IMG/VR virus record: IMGVR_UViG_3300047374_000251
Source of the DNA: a virus
Length of the DNA stretch: 57,667 nucleotides
Direction: 5' to 3' (one strand)
How positions within the stretch are numbered: the stretch's first letter is position 1; every line of letters starts with the position of its first letter. The notes under the pieces are model-generated. The model was not told the DNA's origin. It was given only the letters and a program-made list of their open reading frames with translations, and made no database searches. Below, piece after piece: positions 53,083 to 57,667 of this stretch. A program made the position numbers and the translations under genes.

Positions 53083-53348
53083 GTGGATTAAAAAAATGGT
53101 TGGACGAAAAATGGGTAGATATTGGAGCTCCGAAGAAGAACGGGAAATATCAACCTTGCGGGAGAAGCAAAGGCTCAAAAAGGAAATATCCGAAATGCGT
53201 TCCACTTGCAAAAGCCACACGGATGACAAAAGGGCAAAAGGCATCTGCTGTCAAACGAAAACGAGCGGTATCTAACACAGGACCTAAACCAACTAACGTT
53301 GCAACATTTTCTAAACGAGACAGAAAAGCAATTGGAGGAATAATATGA
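53079..53348 (+). CDS. Small basic protein
   Basis: 89 aa, KWVDIGAPKKNGKYQPCGRS..YPKCVPLAKA..KRKRA. ATGA-coupled. Confidence 0.5.
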   Translation: MSGLKKWLDEKWVDIGAPKKNGKYQPCGRSKGSKRKYPKCVPLAKATRMTKGQKASAVKRKRAVSNTGPKPTNVATFSKRDRKAIGGII

Positions 53349-53728
53349 AAATGCCAAACACAAAATATACAGGCAGTTTTATAAAAGGTGGTCCTGGAGA
53401 AAATCAAAGTTATAAAAAATATTATGGCAAGATGCTTCAAGGTTTCAAAAGAGGTGGTGACGTAATGCCCAAAAGAAATAAAAAAAATTTTAGACCCACT
53501 GAAAAAGGGGCTGGAATGACACAAGCAGGAGTTAAAGCATATAGAGCAGCAAATCCTGGTAGTAAATTAAAAACAGCAGTAACTGGAAAAGTTAAAAAAG
53601 GTTCTGCTGCTGCAAAACGTAGAAAGTCGTATTGTGCAAGAAGTGCCGGTCAAATGAAACAGTTTCCTAAAGCTGCAAAAGATCCTAATTCTAGACTACG
53701 TCAGGCTAGAAGAAGATGGAAATGTTAG
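53345..53728 (+). CDS. Small basic protein
   Basis: 127 aa, EKGAGMTQAGVKAYRAANPGSKLKTAVTG..RRKSYCARS..RRRWKC. ATGA-coupled. Confidence 0.5.
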   Translation: MKMPNTKYTGSFIKGGPGENQSYKKYYGKMLQGFKRGGDVMPKRNKKNFRPTEKGAGMTQAGVKAYRAANPGSKLKTAVTGKVKKGSAAAKRRKSYCARSAGQMKQFPKAAKDPNSRLRQARRRWKC

Positions 53729-53868
53729 ATAGATTTATATTAAACATATTAGGAAAAATAGATGATGCTGTTGCAAAAGTAGAAGACTATGCAATTAAAC
53801 TTGTAGAGTGGTGTTGGCAATCAAGAGTAAATATATTACACAAAAAAAGGAGAAAGAAAAATGGATGA
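53722..53868 (+). CDS. Small hypothetical protein (48 aa, not in the ORF track)
   Basis: An ORF filling the 53728-53861 gap, overlapping both neighbours by 7-8 nt. Confidence 0.3.
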   Translation: MLDRFILNILGKIDDAVAKVEDYAIKLVEWCWQSRVNILHKKRRKKNG

Positions 53869-54109
53869 AATAAACTTAATAACTAAAATACAAAAACAAT
53901 TAAAAGAAAACTATCAACAAATTGCAAATGCAATGGTAAGTGGTGGTGTTGACAATATGGAAAAATACAAGTACATGTTGGGACAGGCCCACGCCTACCA
54001 ATATATTTCAGGGGAAATATCCAACCTGCTAAACAAAGGAGCCACGAATGGAAAAGACAGAGACGGCAAAGTCGTCGACATTGGAAAAGACAGAAGTCCC
54101 AAAGCATAA
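53861..54109 (+). CDS. Hypothetical protein
   Basis: 82-aa ORF. Confidence 0.45.
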   Translation: MDEINLITKIQKQLKENYQQIANAMVSGGVDNMEKYKYMLGQAHAYQYISGEISNLLNKGATNGKDRDGKVVDIGKDRSPKA

Positions 54110-54530
54110 AAATGCTTTGGCAGAAAAATACGAAAAAGAAAATAAAGAACAACATCAAAAAGAAGTTGATGGTTACGAACGTTTGAAGACTAAAGAGTCT
54201 TCTAAACTACCGAGGCCAACCGGCTGGAGACTTTTAGTTTTACCTTTTAAGATGCCAGAGAAAACTAAAGGTGGATTGTATCTTGGACAAGATACTTTGG
54301 AAAGACAACAAGTTGCATCTACATGCGGACTCGTTCTTGAAATGGGACCACATTGTTATGATAAAGAAAAATTTCCTGAAGGCCCTTGGGCCAAAAAGGG
54401 AGATTGGGTTATCTTTGCTCGTTATGCGGGTTCAAGATTACCAATAGACGGTGGGGAAGTTAGATTGCTAAATGATGATGAAGTGTTAGCAACCATCGAT
54501 AGACCCGAAGATATACTTCATACATTTTAA
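54048..54530 (+). CDS. GroES/Cpn10-like co-chaperonin with a K/E-rich N-terminal extension
   Basis: PTGWRLLVLPFKMPEKTKGGLYLGQDT..GLVLEMGP..KKGDWVIFARYAGSRLPIDGGEVRLLNDDEVLATI aligns by eye with E. coli GroES (RVIVKR..KSAGGIVL..GEVLAVG..VKVGDIVIF..Y..EVLIMSESDILAIV). The start is uncertain because of a 62-nt overlap with the upstream ORF. Confidence 0.6.
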   Translation: MEKTETAKSSTLEKTEVPKHKNALAEKYEKENKEQHQKEVDGYERLKTKESSKLPRPTGWRLLVLPFKMPEKTKGGLYLGQDTLERQQVASTCGLVLEMGPHCYDKEKFPEGPWAKKGDWVIFARYAGSRLPIDGGEVRLLNDDEVLATIDRPEDILHTF

Positions 54531-54545
54531 CCATAGGAGCATACT

Positions 54546-55568
54546 ATGCAAGACACAGACAAACCAGTTGACATAGATACATCCGGACCAGGTGCCGAAG
54601 TAGAGTTAGATTCAGTTAAAGAAGAATTAATTGAAGAAACTGTAGTTGAAGAAAAAACACCAGGAACGGACAAATCATATGAAAACGAACGTGAAACAAA
54701 ACTTGAAGACGGTGGTAGCGCCGATGACGCAAATGCGAAATCTAATGAGCCAACTGATATTCAAGCTAGCGAAGAGAATACAGAAAAAAAGAAAGAATTA
54801 GAAGAATACTCTGAAGGAGTAAAAAGAAGAATAGCTAAATTAACTAAAAAAATGCGTGAGTCAGAGCGAAGAGAAGAAGCAGCTACGATTTATGCAAAAA
54901 GTGTTTTAGCTGAAAAAGAAGCTTTAAGTGCTAGACTTTCAAAATTAGATACAGGATTTGTATCTGAAAAAGAAAATAGAATTAAAGCAGGTATGGAAGC
55001 AGCTGTTGCAAAACTTGCAAAAGCTAGAGAAGAAAGTGATCTTAAAGCTGAAGTTGCTGCAAGCGCAGAAATTTCAAGACTAGGTTATGAAGAAGCAAGA
55101 CTTGCTGATTTAAAAGCTAGACAAGTTGAACAGAAAACTGAAACTCCAGTACCACAACAACAACAAATACAACAAGAAGTGGATGTTCCAAGACAAGTGG
55201 ATTCTAGAGCAAGAGATTGGGCTAGAAAAAACGAATGGTTCAACAAAGATCCCATAATGACTGAGGGAGCAAAAGTAATACATAGACAGTTGACTGAAAT
55301 TGAAGGATATGACCCTAATACCGAGCCTGAAGAGTATTATTCAGAGGTAGATAGAAGAATAAGACTTGAATTTCCGCACAAGTTTGATACTAATGTTACT
55401 CAGGAATCGACTAGACCTACTCAAACTGTAGCTTCGGCTACGCGAGCAAACAGGTCTTCTAGTCGCAAAATTGTGAAACTCACGCCTTCACAGGTAGCAA
55501 TTGCTAAAAAATTGGGTGTGCCACTTAAAGACTATGCGGAACAATTAAAAATCACGGAAGGAGTATAA
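54546..55568 (+). CDS. Scaffolding protein
   Basis: 340 aa with an acidic N-terminus and long A/E/K coiled coil, lying upstream of the capsid gene. Confidence 0.55.
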   Translation: MQDTDKPVDIDTSGPGAEVELDSVKEELIEETVVEEKTPGTDKSYENERETKLEDGGSADDANAKSNEPTDIQASEENTEKKKELEEYSEGVKRRIAKLTKKMRESERREEAATIYAKSVLAEKEALSARLSKLDTGFVSEKENRIKAGMEAAVAKLAKAREESDLKAEVAASAEISRLGYEEARLADLKARQVEQKTETPVPQQQQIQQEVDVPRQVDSRARDWARKNEWFNKDPIMTEGAKVIHRQLTEIEGYDPNTEPEEYYSEVDRRIRLEFPHKFDTNVTQESTRPTQTVASATRANRSSSRKIVKLTPSQVAIAKKLGVPLKDYAEQLKITEGV

Positions 55569-55570
55569 GC

Positions 55571-56029
55571 ATGGAAAATCAAGATCAAAAAACTTCACGT
55601 GCGAGTCAGACTAGAGAAAAAACATCTCGACCAAAAGTCTGGTCTCCACCATCTTTATTAGATGCACCCCCTGCACCGGCAGGATATGTCCACAGATGGC
55701 TAAGAGCTGAGTCTATGGGATTCGACGATTCTAAGAACGTACAAAGCAGAATAAGATCTGGCTTTGAATTAGTAAGAGCCGATGAATATAATGAAACAGA
55801 CTATGCTGTAGTGGAAGACGGTAAGTACAAGGGAGTGATCGGTCAAGGTGGCCTAGTGCTCGCTAGAGTACCTGTAGAGATCGCACAACAATACGCTGAT
55901 TACTATCGTAAGCAAGCGCAGGAGAACGAAAGTGCCTTCGATAACGATCTCTTAAAGGAAGAGCATCCAAGTATGCCTATCAGTGTTGATAGAAATACTC
56001 GTGTAACTTTTGGTGGTACGAAGAAATAA
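55571..56029 (+). CDS. Head-module protein of unknown function
   Basis: 152-aa ORF between the scaffold and capsid genes. Confidence 0.5.
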   Translation: MENQDQKTSRASQTREKTSRPKVWSPPSLLDAPPAPAGYVHRWLRAESMGFDDSKNVQSRIRSGFELVRADEYNETDYAVVEDGKYKGVIGQGGLVLARVPVEIAQQYADYYRKQAQENESAFDNDLLKEEHPSMPISVDRNTRVTFGGTKK

Positions 56030-56081
56030 GTTTTTTAACAATTTCTAGTTCATCATTTAAATTAAACAATGGAGAAAAACT

Positions 56082-56651
56082 ATGGCAAACCAAGATAGTC
56101 CTTTCGGCTTAAGAGCAATAGGAAAAATCGGTCAAAATAGAGACAACCAAGGTTTAGCGGAATTTAGTATTGCAGCTTCTGCAACAGCTATCTACGGTCA
56201 AGATCCAGTTAAAGCATTAAACACTGGAACTATCGGAGTAGCAGGCGCAGGTGATTCTTTACTAGGATCTCTAAATGGTGTTTTCTTTACAGCAGCCGAT
56301 ACATCAAAACCAACGTTTGCGAACCATCTGAATGCAAGTAACACTGCAACAGATATCGTAGGCTTTGTGTCTTCAGATCCTTACGAGAGATTTGAGATTC
56401 AATCAGACAACACGACAGCTTCTGCACAAACGGACGTATTTTTAAACTACGACCTAACTTATGCAGCAGGAAGTTCTCACGATTACCTTTCAGGTGTTGA
56501 ACTAGATGATTCTACAGGAACAGCTAGTACAGCTCAATTAAGAGTAGTTGGAGTTTCAAAAGACATTAAGAACAATGACTTAGGTGCATCGCACGTAAAC
56601 TTTGTTGTAATGATCAATGAGCACTTCTTGAAAACGGCAGCTGGCGTATAA
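56082..56651 (+). CDS. Capsid-associated protein (possible decoration or auxiliary capsid protein)
   Basis: 189-aa ORF directly upstream of the major capsid gene, with a GGAG RBS. Confidence 0.5.
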   Translation: MANQDSPFGLRAIGKIGQNRDNQGLAEFSIAASATAIYGQDPVKALNTGTIGVAGAGDSLLGSLNGVFFTAADTSKPTFANHLNASNTATDIVGFVSSDPYERFEIQSDNTTASAQTDVFLNYDLTYAAGSSHDYLSGVELDDSTGTASTAQLRVVGVSKDIKNNDLGASHVNFVVMINEHFLKTAAGV

Positions 56652-56673
56652 TAGCAGAATAGGAGATTAAATT

Positions 56674-57582
56674 ATGGCTATATCACGAGGACAACTAGTT
56701 AAAGAACTAGAGCCAGGTTTGAACGCACTGTTCGGCTTGGAATATAAACGTTACGAAAACCAACATGCTGAGATCTACGCGACAGAAACTTCAGACAGAG
56801 CTTTCGAAGAGGAAGTTATGTTATCTGGATTCGCTAATGCTCAAGTAAAACCTGAAGGTTCAGGTGTAGTTTTTGACAATGCTCAAGAAACTTACACTGC
56901 AAGATACACTATGGAAACTGTGGCTCTTGCCTTCGCTATTACTGAGGAAGCGGTGGAAGATAACCTGTATGACAGACTGTCAAGCAGATACACTAAAGCG
57001 TTAGCTAGAAGTATGGCAAATACTAAGCAAGTTAAAGCTGTTAATCCTTTGATTAATGGTTTTGGAGGTGGTTTCACTTCTGGAGATGGTAGCAATTTAT
57101 TTGCAACTAATCACCCAACTATTGCTGGTACAGTGTCAAACACTCTATCTACAGCAGCGGACTTAAACGAAACTTCATTAGAGCAATCTCTTATTGACAT
57201 TGCAGCGTTTACTGATGAAAGAGGTTTAAAAATTGCAGCGAAAGCAACAAAAATGATTGTTCCTTCTGCGCTACAATTCCAAGCTGAAAGACTGATGAAA
57301 TCAGAAGGCAGAGTTCAAACTGCTGATAATGATATCAACGCAGTTAGATCAATGGGAATGGTTCCTCAAGGTTACAGAGTGAACAATTTCTTAACTGATC
57401 CAAACGCGTTTTTCCTTATCACTGATGTTCCAAACGGAATGAAACATTTCGTTAGAACACCAATCAAAACAGCTATGGAAGGTGACTTCGACACTGGAAA
57501 CTTAAGATTTAAAGCTAGAGAAAGATACCAATTTGGTGTGTCTGACTTTAGAGGAATCTTCGGTTCTCCTGGAGTAAGTTAA
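56674..57582 (+). CDS. Major capsid protein (HK97 fold, Mu gpT-like)
   Basis: 302 aa, AGGAG RBS, follows the scaffold, hairpin downstream. The sequence pattern resembles Mu-like major head subunits from memory. Confidence 0.8.
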   Translation: MAISRGQLVKELEPGLNALFGLEYKRYENQHAEIYATETSDRAFEEEVMLSGFANAQVKPEGSGVVFDNAQETYTARYTMETVALAFAITEEAVEDNLYDRLSSRYTKALARSMANTKQVKAVNPLINGFGGGFTSGDGSNLFATNHPTIAGTVSNTLSTAADLNETSLEQSLIDIAAFTDERGLKIAAKATKMIVPSALQFQAERLMKSEGRVQTADNDINAVRSMGMVPQGYRVNNFLTDPNAFFLITDVPNGMKHFVRTPIKTAMEGDFDTGNLRFKARERYQFGVSDFRGIFGSPGVS

Positions 57583-57593
57583 TAGATAATTTT

Positions 57594-57616
57594 GAGGCGG
57601 GACACAATCCCGCCTC
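57594..57616 (+). terminator. Hairpin after the capsid gene (same sequence as 54-76)
   Basis: GAGGCGGGA-cacaa-TCCCGCCTC. Confidence 0.55.
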
Positions 57617-57667
57617 ATTTACAAAATAAGAAAGAAAAACTCATGAAAAAACTTCTCATTAATATTT

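Noticed and set aside
1-57667. tRNA or rRNA genes
   Set aside because: The intergenic spaces are short. The few long ones (503-662, 42840-43162, 44598-44967, 45732-45983, 47419-47645) show no cloverleaf-compatible arms by eye. A tRNAscan run would be needed to be certain.

Overview
This window is a complete genome of an AT-rich tailed dsDNA phage. Bases 1-127 are identical to 57541-57667, so the contig closes into a 57,540-bp circle. The gene order is podovirus-like and the accessory genes look marine. I saw no tRNA, rRNA, CRISPR array, integrase or phage RNA polymerase.

Layout:
- A long plus-strand late block runs from about 45.98 kb, through the contig junction, to 27.58 kb. It encodes TerL, portal, a run of small very basic proteins, a GroES-like protein, scaffold and an HK97-like major capsid protein. 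After the junction come adaptor/tail proteins, three fibre-like proteins, a Gly/Pro-rich protein, a 2OG-Fe(II) oxygenase array, a nozzle-like protein, two glycosyltransferases and five internal-virion-type proteins (one of 1464 aa).
- A short minus-strand unit (27.57-29.20 kb) carries an SNF2 helicase.
- A plus-strand early/replication block (29.27-43.46 kb) carries an AEP primase, SF1 helicase, DUF3310, family-A DNA polymerase, a lysis cassette with an M15 peptidase, an RHH regulator, a methyltransferase, an HNH endonuclease and a PD-(D/E)XK exonuclease.
- A mosaic early region (43.4-47.6 kb) has genes on both strands.

Most interesting signals:
1. Five to six tandem 2OG-Fe(II) oxygenase genes, including a prolyl-4-hydroxylase-like one, sit next to a Gly/Pro-rich tail protein and two glycosyltransferases. 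This could be a virion-protein hydroxylation/glycosylation module.
2. A 29-nt GC-rich stem-loop element occurs in 4 full copies plus 1 partial copy. It brackets early gene cassettes that also share near-consensus sigma70 promoters, a TAGGATAT operator-like motif and a GAAAGGAATA leader. A small RHH protein has a perfect AGGATATCCT palindrome in its own promoter.
3. A 370-bp GC-rich structured intergenic region (about 70% GC locally) lies between convergent genes.
4. A 320-bp region with iterons and a poly-T tract looks like a replication origin.
5. Five consecutive Lys/Arg-rich small proteins plus a GroES-like protein lie inside the head module.

All functional calls rest on motif recognition by eye. 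No database search was run.
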